Shown here: positions 15,124-24,477 of the stretch, piece after piece
Numbering within the stretch: position 1 is the stretch's first letter
How the letters are laid out: every line of letters begins with the position of its first letter
IMG/VR virus record: IMGVR_UViG_3300005326_000112
Location: 1 to 27,053 of that record
Reading direction: 5' to 3' (one strand)
DNA length: 27,053 nt
Origin: a virus
Taxonomy: Duplodnaviria; Caudoviricetes
The notes under the pieces: generated by a model
The model's input: only the letters and a program-made list of their open reading frames with translations
The model's database searches: none
What the model was told of the DNA's origin: nothing
Made by a program: the position numbers and the translations under genes

Positions 15124-15458
15124 GCATCGAGAGATGGTTCACTCATACCGTGAGTGTCAAGCGCAAAACACCTGCTCTCAATGCCAGCCAGCAGATTGCG
15201 ATGCCATCGGAGACAACGGTTTCGAGCGCGCTCAAATGCCTCGTGGAGCCCATAAAGACCGCCGAATTGAATTCGATTCTCGGGCGCCTGCCCGATGCAA
15301 GGCGGCGACTTTCCTGCGCGTACGGGACAGACCTCCAGGATGGCGACATTATCACGCATGGGACCGCTCGCTACATCGCCGCCGAGACCATGCCTGACAA
15401 CATGAGTCCTGGCAACCAATATATCACATGCTTATTGCGGGAGGGCCCGAGCGCATGA
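15120..15458 (+). CDS. Head-closure protein (SPP1 gp16-like)
   Basis: Position and size; DLQDGDII...RY motif. Confidence 0.75.
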   Translation: MSIERWFTHTVSVKRKTPALNASQQIAMPSETTVSSALKCLVEPIKTAELNSILGRLPDARRRLSCAYGTDLQDGDIITHGTARYIAAETMPDNMSPGNQYITCLLREGPSA

Positions 15459-15943
15459 TCCGCGTTGAAACTACATCCAAGGAACTGCAGACGTATTTGC
15501 AACGCGTTGAAGCCAAGATGGATACGACGCTCACCAGAACACTGCGCAGGGCAGCACTCATGGTCGAGGCTCAAGCCAAGAGAAATGCGCCTGTGAATTT
15601 CGGCGTGCTCCGCAGCAGCATCACCAATGAGGTCGTTGAGATCTCGCCGCATCGATACGAGGCGCATATCGGCACAACAATGAAATATGCGGGCTGGCAG
15701 GAATTCGGCACAAGGCCGCACTGGGCGCCCGTGCGCACAAAGTCAGGCGAGCTCACCGCCCTCGGGCTGTGGCTCAAACGAAAGCTCAAGATAAACGACG
15801 AGGAATTGAAAAAACGCAAACCTTATATGTGGGTGAAAGGCACAGCGCATCCCTTTCTTGTCCCGGCACTCGATTCTAAGCGAGAGGCAATTCGTGATCT
15901 CTTCATACGATCCCTGGGCGAATCCTTCGGGAGCGCAGTCTGA
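15455..15943 (+). CDS. HK97 gp10-like tail completion protein
   Basis: AKRNAPVNFGVLRSSI, YAGWQEFGT, AHPFLVPAL. Confidence 0.9.
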   Translation: MIRVETTSKELQTYLQRVEAKMDTTLTRTLRRAALMVEAQAKRNAPVNFGVLRSSITNEVVEISPHRYEAHIGTTMKYAGWQEFGTRPHWAPVRTKSGELTALGLWLKRKLKINDEELKKRKPYMWVKGTAHPFLVPALDSKREAIRDLFIRSLGESFGSAV

Positions 15944-16461
15944 TGGCGACATTCTACGCGTGGCAGATAGAGACCGAGCTCCTGCGTCTAATGCGCACGC
16001 TCCCCGCTCCGATGCAACTCTCTCCGACCGGCGCAATAAAAATGGTGCAAGCCGGCACGTTGCGTCCACTCCTTGTGAGTGGTGTAAAATTCGATACATT
16101 CATCGACGGCATCCTTGTCGAATGCCAGGAAATACCGATGGAGTGGGGACGAGCGATTCGAGAGGCGGAAATCACGTACCGATTTCGCATAGTGCATCTG
16201 CATAAACTTGCAGCAGCGGAAATTGAAGAGCAGGTCAAACTTGAGCGAGCCGCGATAATTGCAAAGAAGATTCTCGATAACGTGCAACTGCGCGATGACG
16301 CCAGCGCCATCCCTACAATCGCCGGACTGCGCATTAATTGGTGCAAGCCCGTAAAGATTGATCTCGATCCGCCAGAAAACACCGTATTCGACACGCCCGA
16401 GCAACTCGTCTGCGTGTTTGCTGTGCACATCGAGGTTGCAACGAATGAAACGCTCATCTAA
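15943..16461 (+). CDS. Putative tail terminator protein
   Basis: Position between the gp10-like gene and the tail tube; TGATG overlap. Confidence 0.65.
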   Translation: MATFYAWQIETELLRLMRTLPAPMQLSPTGAIKMVQAGTLRPLLVSGVKFDTFIDGILVECQEIPMEWGRAIREAEITYRFRIVHLHKLAAAEIEEQVKLERAAIIAKKILDNVQLRDDASAIPTIAGLRINWCKPVKIDLDPPENTVFDTPEQLVCVFAVHIEVATNETLI

Positions 16462-16471
16462 GGAGGATGCT

Positions 16472-16903
16472 ATGGAATCTTTTCTCCCCGCCAGTGCGCG
16501 GGAAAATCTCATCGAGGTCGTGTACGACCGGCCAGGCGCAGGGCCGGAGCCCATCCACATTCCGCACGTCGGGACGTTTTCTCCTGGCGTGCCCACGGCC
16601 ATCCCGCGCAAGAAGGCCCATGCCATTACGGCCCCGGGAGGCAATCGGTGGATGCGAATATATCTGCCGCCGCTCCTCGAGAACGAGCCGGTTGAGTGGG
16701 TATCGGGCCTATCGGAGATACCATCGGAGACCCCGCAGGCGTTCGAGGATGCGCCCGAGCCCACTATTCTCCACGAGGAGCCGCCCGAAATCCTGCAGCC
16801 GCTCATCGATGATTTCGAGAGCGACGATGCCGAATCCAAGGAAGCAATGGCGCCTGAAAAATCGGGGGCCTTGAATATTTCGAAGAAAGCGAGGAAGAAA
16901 TAA
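16472..16903 (+). CDS. Hypothetical protein preceding the tail tube (Pro/Glu-rich C-terminus)
   Basis: SD AAGGAGG then ATG 16472; abuts the tube gene start. Confidence 0.7.
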   Translation: MESFLPASARENLIEVVYDRPGAGPEPIHIPHVGTFSPGVPTAIPRKKAHAITAPGGNRWMRIYLPPLLENEPVEWVSGLSEIPSETPQAFEDAPEPTILHEEPPEILQPLIDDFESDDAESKEAMAPEKSGALNISKKARKK

Positions 16904-18295
16904 ATGGAGAGAGAAAACATCGGACATTCGAGTTTCGGTCATTTCGGGCTCGCCCAGGAGGCTACCGCAGCATACGGTACGCCCGTGGCCGCTACTGATT
17001 TCGTTAACATTACGAGCGAATCCATCAAGCTCACACCGGAGAAGGTCGCCGACCCGGGCATTGAAAGCCTGCCTTGGACGAAACGCCAGGTAGACGGCAA
17101 GCGCACCGTGTCCGGTTCCTGCAGTTTCAACATGGGCGGAACGAATAGCCTGCCGTGGTTGAAATTCTGCGAACGCGGGCTCACCAGCGCGACGAATCTG
17201 CAGGTAACGGGTGCCACGGCAGCAATCGCAGCGGGCGGGGGGCTTGCAACGGGAACGCATCGCTATTACGTGGTGCCCGTGGTTTCTCGCACAGCGGATT
17301 CGCTGAAACTCGCAGGCAGCATTTCCGCTGAAATGGTTGTCGTCGCGACTACGCCGAATTTTACCGCAGATCTGTCTTGGACGAATCCTGCAGCCCCCAG
17401 TGAGGAAACTATGTGGGGCCATGCGATTTTCAAAAGCAACGTTGATGGTGCCACCGGATCAGAGAAATTCATCGACCTCGTGGCGGGCGCCACGGCAACC
17501 ACATACAGCGATACCGGCGCTCATGCGTATTCTTCGACTGCGGCCGATCCGCCCGATACCACGTATCGCCACACGATTCAGGGAGCGAGCGATGAGGAAC
17601 TTTTGTCGTTCACAATTGAGAGGCATCCTGACACTGGCGAATCCCTCCAGGATCAGGGCTGCAAGGTGAAGTCGTTCAAGATCTCGATGGACACGAGCAA
17701 TCCGTTTTGGACGGCAAACATTGATATTGTCGGCCAGGACGAAAGCGCCATCGCCAAGACCGTGCCGGCCTACGTCGATCCGCAGCATTTCTCGCCGTTC
17801 CAGACGCTCACTTATATATATACGAGCGGCGGAGCGCTGGTGCAGTCGCAGGACATGCAGAAATTCGAGCTCTCTATCGATAACGGCCTCGTCGAGGAGC
17901 GCGGAAGCACCTACACGGCGACGGTGAAGAATCTCCTGGGCGGCCAGATCAAAACCACGGGGAACTTCACTCTCAATTGCAACTCGATGGACGAGTACGA
18001 CCGCCTTGAAGCATCGACGAAAATGGCGCTCAAGCTCGTGGCGGACGGCCCATCTACTGATGTGACGGGCACCACGAACTGGAGCATCACGAGCGGTGGA
18101 AATACCGTCTATGCTCATCCATATCAGATGGCGATCACGATCCCGCAGATCAAGTATGCCGATGCGCCGTACAACCTCAGCGGAGCGAATCGCATCGCCA
18201 TCGGCGTCAATTTCGTGACCGAGTACAATGCGACACTCGGCGCCGATCACTGCATCGAGATCGTCAACAAGACCGCTTCTTATCCTGATACCTAA
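16904..18295 (+). CDS. Major tail tube protein with an inserted Ig/FN3-like domain
   Basis: FGLAQE..YGTPVAATDF...SESIK, YRHTI...SFTIE, GCKV, FELSIDNGL; position before the tape measure gene. Confidence 0.88.
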   Translation: MERENIGHSSFGHFGLAQEATAAYGTPVAATDFVNITSESIKLTPEKVADPGIESLPWTKRQVDGKRTVSGSCSFNMGGTNSLPWLKFCERGLTSATNLQVTGATAAIAAGGGLATGTHRYYVVPVVSRTADSLKLAGSISAEMVVVATTPNFTADLSWTNPAAPSEETMWGHAIFKSNVDGATGSEKFIDLVAGATATTYSDTGAHAYSSTAADPPDTTYRHTIQGASDEELLSFTIERHPDTGESLQDQGCKVKSFKISMDTSNPFWTANIDIVGQDESAIAKTVPAYVDPQHFSPFQTLTYIYTSGGALVQSQDMQKFELSIDNGLVEERGSTYTATVKNLLGGQIKTTGNFTLNCNSMDEYDRLEASTKMALKLVADGPSTDVTGTTNWSITSGGNTVYAHPYQMAITIPQIKYADAPYNLSGANRIAIGVNFVTEYNATLGADHCIEIVNKTASYPDT

Positions 18296-18326
18296 TCCTC
18301 CCTCAGTCTCATTCACCTCCTGACAT

Positions 18327-18371
18327 CCCGGGCGGGTATGGTTCGCCTGCCCGCCCGGGGCTTCTTTCTTT
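18327..18371 (+). terminator. Intrinsic terminator after the tail tube gene
   Basis: CCCGGGCGGGTA-loop-TGCCCGCCCGGG followed by CTTCTTTCTTT. Confidence 0.7.
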
Positions 18372-18448
18372 ATCGCCCAGGCTTCGCTGGTGAGGCGATC
18401 TCGCCCCTTGCCGTAATAATACTCGGACAATACTTTCGGAGGCTTAAA

Positions 18449-21400
18449 ATGGCCCAAACGGCCTATGAACTGCTCGTAAAAATAATGGGTGACACTACGT
18501 CGCTCAATACTGCCCTGAAGGGCGCCGACGAACAGACCAAGGCATCCTTCGGCGCGATGCAGCAATATAGCCAAGGTGCCGCCGTCGCATTAGGTGGTAT
18601 AGCGCTCGCCTCCGGCCTCGTCGTGAAATCGATGCTCGATCAGGCTGCACAGATGGAAGTGTACCGCACGAAATTAACGACTGTCTTTCATGACTCGGCG
18701 AAAGCCGCAGAGACAATGGCATGGGCCGTCAAATTTGCTGCGTCTACCCCGTTCGAAGTCAAGGGCATCGTCGATGCCACTGTGACGCTCTCCGTGTATC
18801 GTCAGAAGGCGACAGAGATCTTGCCTCTCGTGGGTGACCTTGCGGCGGCAATGGGGGCACGCATCGAGGATACGGCGAACGCCGTCGGTAAGGCAATGGG
18901 CGGCTCCCTCGAGGGCTGGGAGATGCTTCGCACGTCCTACGGCGTTACCATCGAGCGGCTGAAAGCATTCGGCGCCGCCATCGATGGCCAAGGGCAAATG
19001 CTCACCAAGAACGCGAGTGACCTGGATCGCAACCGCAAAGCGCTACTTGCCGTAATTGCCACCGATTTCGGCGGCGGAATGGAGCGGCAATCGAAAACGT
19101 TCTCGGGTGCGATGAGCAATCTCAGCGATGCCATCAATAATTTCAAAGTGGGCATTGGCGAGACGCTGATTCCGGCGGCGACAACAGCAGCCAAAGGACT
19201 CACTGATATTATCGAAAAAGTTAAGGCTCTACCCGCCCCATTGAAGGCAGCAGCAGGAGTCGGACTTATAGCCACCACGGCCATAACGGGACTCGGCGCT
19301 GGGGTTCTTGGGCTGCTTTCTGTCCTGGGCCCAGGCGCAGCAATGCTCATCACGCTCGCAGAAGGCACGAAAGTCGTAGCTGCCACGGCAGCGTTCGCCG
19401 GAACCGAAATCAAAGGTTTCGCTGCAGCAACCACCGTCCTGAAGGGCGCGCTCGCATCCACATCTGCGGCACTTATGGGATGGGGCGCGCTCGCTATTGG
19501 TGCGGCTGTAGCGATAAAATTCGTGCAAGACGAATGGATCAAGGCTGCCGAAGCTCAGGATAAGCTTACCGCATCGACCTCAAAGAATATCGCCGTGTCT
19601 CGCGAATCCGTCCAGTGGATTGGCAAGACCGGCGAGGAGCTGCGCAAGATGGGAGTCGCGCTCGCCGACATCCCGAAGGCGATGGACGGTTTCCGCGAGC
19701 TCGCCAAGGCCGCACTGGAGATCGGCCGCACGGATCTCGCCAAAAAATATATGGATCAGGCTCGCGGTGTGCGCGATGCGGGAGCCGCTCTCTCTGACTA
19801 CAACAAGAAAGTTGATGAGAATTTCAAGCTCTCCGGTGATGCGGCGAAACTCGCCGAGCATAATGCGAAAATCGGGTTGGCATCGGCTCGGGATATGCTA
19901 TCCGCAGAAGACGCAAAGCTCTCTGCGATGCGGGCCTATGGAGCAACATCCGACGAGATATGGGCGCAGGAAGAGAAAGTTTACGCGCTGCGCAAAAAAG
20001 CAGAAGATGAGGAGAAAAAAGCAGCCGACGATACCGCCAAAACGCATCAAGATGCCGCCGACAAGAAACTTGCTGCATCTCTTCACTTCATCGACCGCCA
20101 GATCTCCCTCAATAAAATGTCGGAGGTCGAGCAGATTGCGGCCTACACTCGCATTTTCGCTCACGTCAAATTGACGAGGGAACAGGAGATTGAACTGCAC
20201 AATCGCATGGAAGACGCCGCCCGCGCTCGCCGTGTCCGCCAGGAAAAAGAAGCTATCGATTCGTTCAAGCGTCAACTCGATGCCGAAGTTGCTATAGGAA
20301 AGATTTCCATTGCAGCAGCAGAGGCGAAAATGCGGGCATTCCTCGCATCTCGCAAATGGCTGTCTGACAACGAAAAAACGCTAACAGACGGGGCTACCGA
20401 TTACCATTCAAAAGCCATTCAGAAGCAGCAGGATGATTTTGTAAAGGCCGAGGACGAGAAACTCAAGCAGGCGACGCTGAAGGCGTCCCTCATAGTGGCG
20501 TCCACGAAACAGGCATCGGCAGACGCGAAGAAGGCGGAAATCGATGCACTTGACGGCGTGATCAAAGAGTACGAGAAATACCCCGCGAAAAATCAGGCGA
20601 TTCTGGACAAGATCGTGAAACTCAAGGAGGACAAAGCAAAAGCCGGGGCCGATGCTGTGAAATTAGGATATGAAGCCGAACTCGAACATGCAAAGATCTC
20701 GGCTAAGGGGCAGATCGATGAGGAATTGAAAATTCTCAAGGCTCTGCAGTCGAAAATCACGCTGCAGGCAACGCTTCTGGAATTGGAGGGCAAGCGCCAG
20801 ATACGCGCAGGGAACACCGTCGAGGGAGAAGCCACACTAGCGCAAGCCGCCGTGCTGAAACAATCCCTCGCTGAACTTGACAAGACCATCGGCACTCAGG
20901 AATATCATGCATGGAATGAGCAGCGTATGCGCAAGCAGAAGGAAGAGGACGCCGATTTCGAGTATCGCAAGCGGATGCGTATTGCCGATGCTAAGAACGC
21001 TGAAGAAGCCAACGCCATTGAGGTTATCGCAAATGCCGAGAAGGCCGACATCCTCGAGAAACGACGGCGAGAAGACGCCTCCGCCCGCAATCGTTTCGCC
21101 AAAGATCCTGGTGCTGCAAAGGCGCTTTACGATGAGGAACAAGAACTGGCATCGCGAATAACTGGCCTGCGTCAAGCGAATGCCGAGCAGTATCAGAAAA
21201 TGGCGCAGGAACAGGAATCGCAAAATTACAAGTATTTTAAGGAGGGCATTGACCGAAAGCGCCAGGATCTCGATAACTCCATCGCTAAAGAAAAGGCCGA
21301 TGCAGAGCGGCGCAAAGCAAGCGCCATCGAAATGGGGCAACTAGAAATAGGCTGGACCAAAATGCGAGTCGAGGCGCTTCATGCAGAGCGAGCGGCACTC

Positions 21401-23005
21401 GAAGAATTTGCAAAGGCGCATCCCAAACGGGCCGAGGAAATACGCAACAGCATTATATCGATTGATGCAGAGTTGAAAAAACTCGGGGTCAACATCTATG
21501 ATCAGATAGGCAAATCGTCGGTCGCCATAATAGATGCAGAGAAAGCTCAGGCGATTAAAGAGGTTGAAGCGGCACTGAAACCCCTGCAGGATGCTATCTC
21601 AAAGCTAGAAGGCACAATGCCGGGTGAATTTCGCAGCGGCGAATCGGCGCCCGCAAGAGAAAAACGCCGCAAAGAAGAATCGGCAGATCGCAGGACGCTC
21701 GTAGATAAAGAGATCGGCACCGAGAATGATCTCGATGCCAAAAAGCGACAGGCCGAATGGGAAGTACGCTGGAGGGAAACGCAGGGGCTACCTGATGCGG
21801 CGAAAGCGCAGGCAGCGCTCACGACGGAATTTCAGAAGCGAGCCGAAAAAGAAGAGTCCGAGCTTGCGATGAAGCGCATCGCTATGCTCGAAAAACTGGG
21901 CATCGCAACGAAGGAAGATTTCGAGAGCACAATCAAATATGTGAAAGCCAGAGCAGCGGGCAATCAGGAAGCCGAGGCCAGCACCAAGGCGCTGCTTGAT
22001 GAATCCATTACATATTTCTCGAGCGAGATCGATAGATGTAAAGCGGCGGGAGTGGCATATAACGATCTGCAGAAACAACTCTATGCGCTCAACGAGGAGC
22101 GCAAGAAACTTTACGGGAGATACAGTCCCTTGCCGCAAGATCAGCCCAACATCCCATCACAGGGCGTGGACCAAAAGACCACGGGCGCCGGAGGCGTCGA
22201 TCTGAGCAGGCCCTCCGCATCCTCGCCCGCAACCGGTACCGATGGCGCACCCTCCACCATTGATGATATGATAAAATCTGGGCCCACATACAGCCAATCG
22301 GCCCCCCCTTATGCGAGCACGCCGGCTCCTCCTAGCTCCGAGCAGCGACAGCGCGATGATACACAGAAGACGCAGCTCAGTGCTACAGAAAAAAATACCG
22401 ACGCTACCCTCAGCCTGGCCGAGCAGAATAAACGCGCCGCTGACGAAATGAAATCTCATCCCTTCGGCATCGAGGGCGGCGGCGGGGGTGGCATGGGTGG
22501 CGGTGGCTATGGGGGCGGCGGCAGGGGCGGATCGCAATATTTTCCTGATCAGATGGGCGGCGCTGCAGGGAATGACGCCCGAGGCGATGACCTGGTAGGT
22601 GATGTGATCTATGAGCGCGGCCCTGGCGGTGGTATCGCAATCGGAGCGGACGGAAAGCCCATCGTCAAGGGCTATCATGAAAAACAACGCAATCCCGCAG
22701 CGCAACAGAAAAAAGAAGAACAAAAAGGCCCCGTGCGCATGGATGTCAATGTCGGGCACGTCCCGGGCGCCCAGAGTATATATGAGGTGGAGAAATCAAC
22801 GGCGGGCGGCGCAGGATACTGGGAGGGTCGAGGGGCGACAAGATCAGCGCCCGCCATGCCGACGCAACCGCAAGGCAATCTCAACGTTACCATCAACGTG
22901 CCCGAGCGGGCCGATGCGCAGACAATTGCAGGCAGAGTAATCAGCACTGTGCGCAACACGGCGCCAGCACTTGGATTCGCGAATCAGATAGGGCAAGGTC
23001 AATAA
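18449..23005 (+). CDS. Tape measure protein (1518 aa)
   Basis: SD GGAGG then ATG 18449; FAASTPFEV TMP motif, hydrophobic Ala/Gly segment, long charged coiled coil, C-terminal NVTINV. Confidence 0.93.
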   Translation: MAQTAYELLVKIMGDTTSLNTALKGADEQTKASFGAMQQYSQGAAVALGGIALASGLVVKSMLDQAAQMEVYRTKLTTVFHDSAKAAETMAWAVKFAASTPFEVKGIVDATVTLSVYRQKATEILPLVGDLAAAMGARIEDTANAVGKAMGGSLEGWEMLRTSYGVTIERLKAFGAAIDGQGQMLTKNASDLDRNRKALLAVIATDFGGGMERQSKTFSGAMSNLSDAINNFKVGIGETLIPAATTAAKGLTDIIEKVKALPAPLKAAAGVGLIATTAITGLGAGVLGLLSVLGPGAAMLITLAEGTKVVAATAAFAGTEIKGFAAATTVLKGALASTSAALMGWGALAIGAAVAIKFVQDEWIKAAEAQDKLTASTSKNIAVSRESVQWIGKTGEELRKMGVALADIPKAMDGFRELAKAALEIGRTDLAKKYMDQARGVRDAGAALSDYNKKVDENFKLSGDAAKLAEHNAKIGLASARDMLSAEDAKLSAMRAYGATSDEIWAQEEKVYALRKKAEDEEKKAADDTAKTHQDAADKKLAASLHFIDRQISLNKMSEVEQIAAYTRIFAHVKLTREQEIELHNRMEDAARARRVRQEKEAIDSFKRQLDAEVAIGKISIAAAEAKMRAFLASRKWLSDNEKTLTDGATDYHSKAIQKQQDDFVKAEDEKLKQATLKASLIVASTKQASADAKKAEIDALDGVIKEYEKYPAKNQAILDKIVKLKEDKAKAGADAVKLGYEAELEHAKISAKGQIDEELKILKALQSKITLQATLLELEGKRQIRAGNTVEGEATLAQAAVLKQSLAELDKTIGTQEYHAWNEQRMRKQKEEDADFEYRKRMRIADAKNAEEANAIEVIANAEKADILEKRRREDASARNRFAKDPGAAKALYDEEQELASRITGLRQANAEQYQKMAQEQESQNYKYFKEGIDRKRQDLDNSIAKEKADAERRKASAIEMGQLEIGWTKMRVEALHAERAALEEFAKAHPKRAEEIRNSIISIDAELKKLGVNIYDQIGKSSVAIIDAEKAQAIKEVEAALKPLQDAISKLEGTMPGEFRSGESAPAREKRRKEESADRRTLVDKEIGTENDLDAKKRQAEWEVRWRETQGLPDAAKAQAALTTEFQKRAEKEESELAMKRIAMLEKLGIATKEDFESTIKYVKARAAGNQEAEASTKALLDESITYFSSEIDRCKAAGVAYNDLQKQLYALNEERKKLYGRYSPLPQDQPNIPSQGVDQKTTGAGGVDLSRPSASSPATGTDGAPSTIDDMIKSGPTYSQSAPPYASTPAPPSSEQRQRDDTQKTQLSATEKNTDATLSLAEQNKRAADEMKSHPFGIEGGGGGGMGGGGYGGGGRGGSQYFPDQMGGAAGNDARGDDLVGDVIYERGPGGGIAIGADGKPIVKGYHEKQRNPAAQQKKEEQKGPVRMDVNVGHVPGAQSIYEVEKSTAGGAGYWEGRGATRSAPAMPTQPQGNLNVTINVPERADAQTIAGRVISTVRNTAPALGFANQIGQGQ

Positions 23006-24037
23006 ATGGGTACAGCATACACACTCGGCACCATCAATTGCGACAGCACGTATTACACGCTCAAGTCCTGCGCGATTTCCGGTGGACGCAAGACGACTCA
23101 GATTGATATTCCGCGGCTCGATGAAGGCAAACAGGATGACGGCAAGGCGAAGGCTCGTTTATTTCAGTTCGTGATCGGTGTGCGAGGAATCAATATCGCA
23201 ACATACGAGGCGGCCCTCAAGGCCCTGATGGTCGCGCTCAATACAGGGAGCGAAATCAAGTGGTACGGTCGCGACATCAATAAATATTACAATGTGCTCA
23301 TCGGCGACATCAGCGATCCTTTCCCGAGCCAGATGGTTTTCGGCAGCGATGTGGTAATTTCGGCGAGTGCCTCTGACCCATTCCAGTATTACGAGGCGGC
23401 GCCGTTTGTGGCCACCTCCACAACATCTCTGCTTATCGCCGTGGCGAGCAAAACTTTCACGACGCAGGCCGGGCTCGATATCTACCCTGGCGCATTCATC
23501 CGCGCGGTCAGTGCGGCCGACGCGGCGAACTACATGGAGGGCGACGTCACGTCATACACGGGCACGACGCTCATCGTCAACGTGACGGCCATAGGCGGCG
23601 CTGGGACACTCGCCGATTGGGAGATCTCTCACGGCGCACCGTGTCTCGTCACGCCGAATGTCAACTCATTTGATTTTGATCTCTATGTTAACGGGGATGC
23701 TTATGTGCGGCCGATCATTACCGTGACGGGACCATTCACGGGGCCCCTGATACTCACCAATAACACGAATGGATACTCGTGGATGTACAATGACGATCTT
23801 GGTGCCGCCGTGGAACTCGTCGTAGATTGCCGCGCTCCGCTCTTTGTGGGTGCATATCAAACCGGCAGGGGCGTATATCTGGACGGAACCGAGACCTATG
23901 CCAATTTCACTGGAGATGCCGTGAGCGCAGGATTCATCACGCTCAATGCGGGGCACAATGAGCTCACATTCGACAGCGCCGGCCAGGGCGGCACCGTCAA
24001 TATTGATTGGATAGATCGCGACTGGGGCGGGCACTGA
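23006..24037 (+). CDS. Distal tail protein (Dit-like) with an inserted fibre-type domain
   Basis: Follows the TMP; IPRLD, ASDPFQY, NGDAYVRPIITV, LNAGHNELTF, W.DR motifs. Confidence 0.85.
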   Translation: MGTAYTLGTINCDSTYYTLKSCAISGGRKTTQIDIPRLDEGKQDDGKAKARLFQFVIGVRGINIATYEAALKALMVALNTGSEIKWYGRDINKYYNVLIGDISDPFPSQMVFGSDVVISASASDPFQYYEAAPFVATSTTSLLIAVASKTFTTQAGLDIYPGAFIRAVSAADAANYMEGDVTSYTGTTLIVNVTAIGGAGTLADWEISHGAPCLVTPNVNSFDFDLYVNGDAYVRPIITVTGPFTGPLILTNNTNGYSWMYNDDLGAAVELVVDCRAPLFVGAYQTGRGVYLDGTETYANFTGDAVSAGFITLNAGHNELTFDSAGQGGTVNIDWIDRDWGGH

Positions 24038-24477
24038 TGAGCAATCATCCCGATATCCGCATAGAGGTCTATCAGCGCCCAGAACTCGGCGGCGCCAAGA
24101 TCGCTGATATCATAGATCACGAGGGGCTGGAGCGCAGTTTCATGCGCACCGGCGGATGCGATACCGCGTCCTTTTCGCTCACAAGATCGTATCAGACATT
24201 CGCCACATTTTCGCATCTTTGTCGGGTCTATATCTGGCGCAGCGGTGCCCTGACTCCAGAATGGGGGGGATATTTCTCGCATTATGAGGAGATATACGAC
24301 AAGCCTGAAAAAATCAGCATCCATTGCAAAGGATTCATGCACGAGCTCGAATGGCGTTATGTCGAGGATTGGCAAATAGCGAACACGCCGATAGACCTAG
24401 CACTGCTCGATGTGTTGACACAATATGCTCCAGGCGATATCGTGGTTGATCTCGCGAATATCGCGGGAGGTGGATAA
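24037..24477 (+). CDS. Baseplate hub/Tal-like protein, N-terminal part
   Basis: TGATG overlap; GGCDTASFSL, WGGY, ISIHCKGF..EL pattern. Confidence 0.7.
   Translation: MSNHPDIRIEVYQRPELGGAKIADIIDHEGLERSFMRTGGCDTASFSLTRSYQTFATFSHLCRVYIWRSGALTPEWGGYFSHYEEIYDKPEKISIHCKGFMHELEWRYVEDWQIANTPIDLALLDVLTQYAPGDIVVDLANIAGGG

Noticed and set aside
18338-18448. Upstream start of the tape measure ORF, or a hidden chaperone fused to it
   Set aside because: It begins inside the terminator hairpin without an SD; ATG 18449 has GGAGG.
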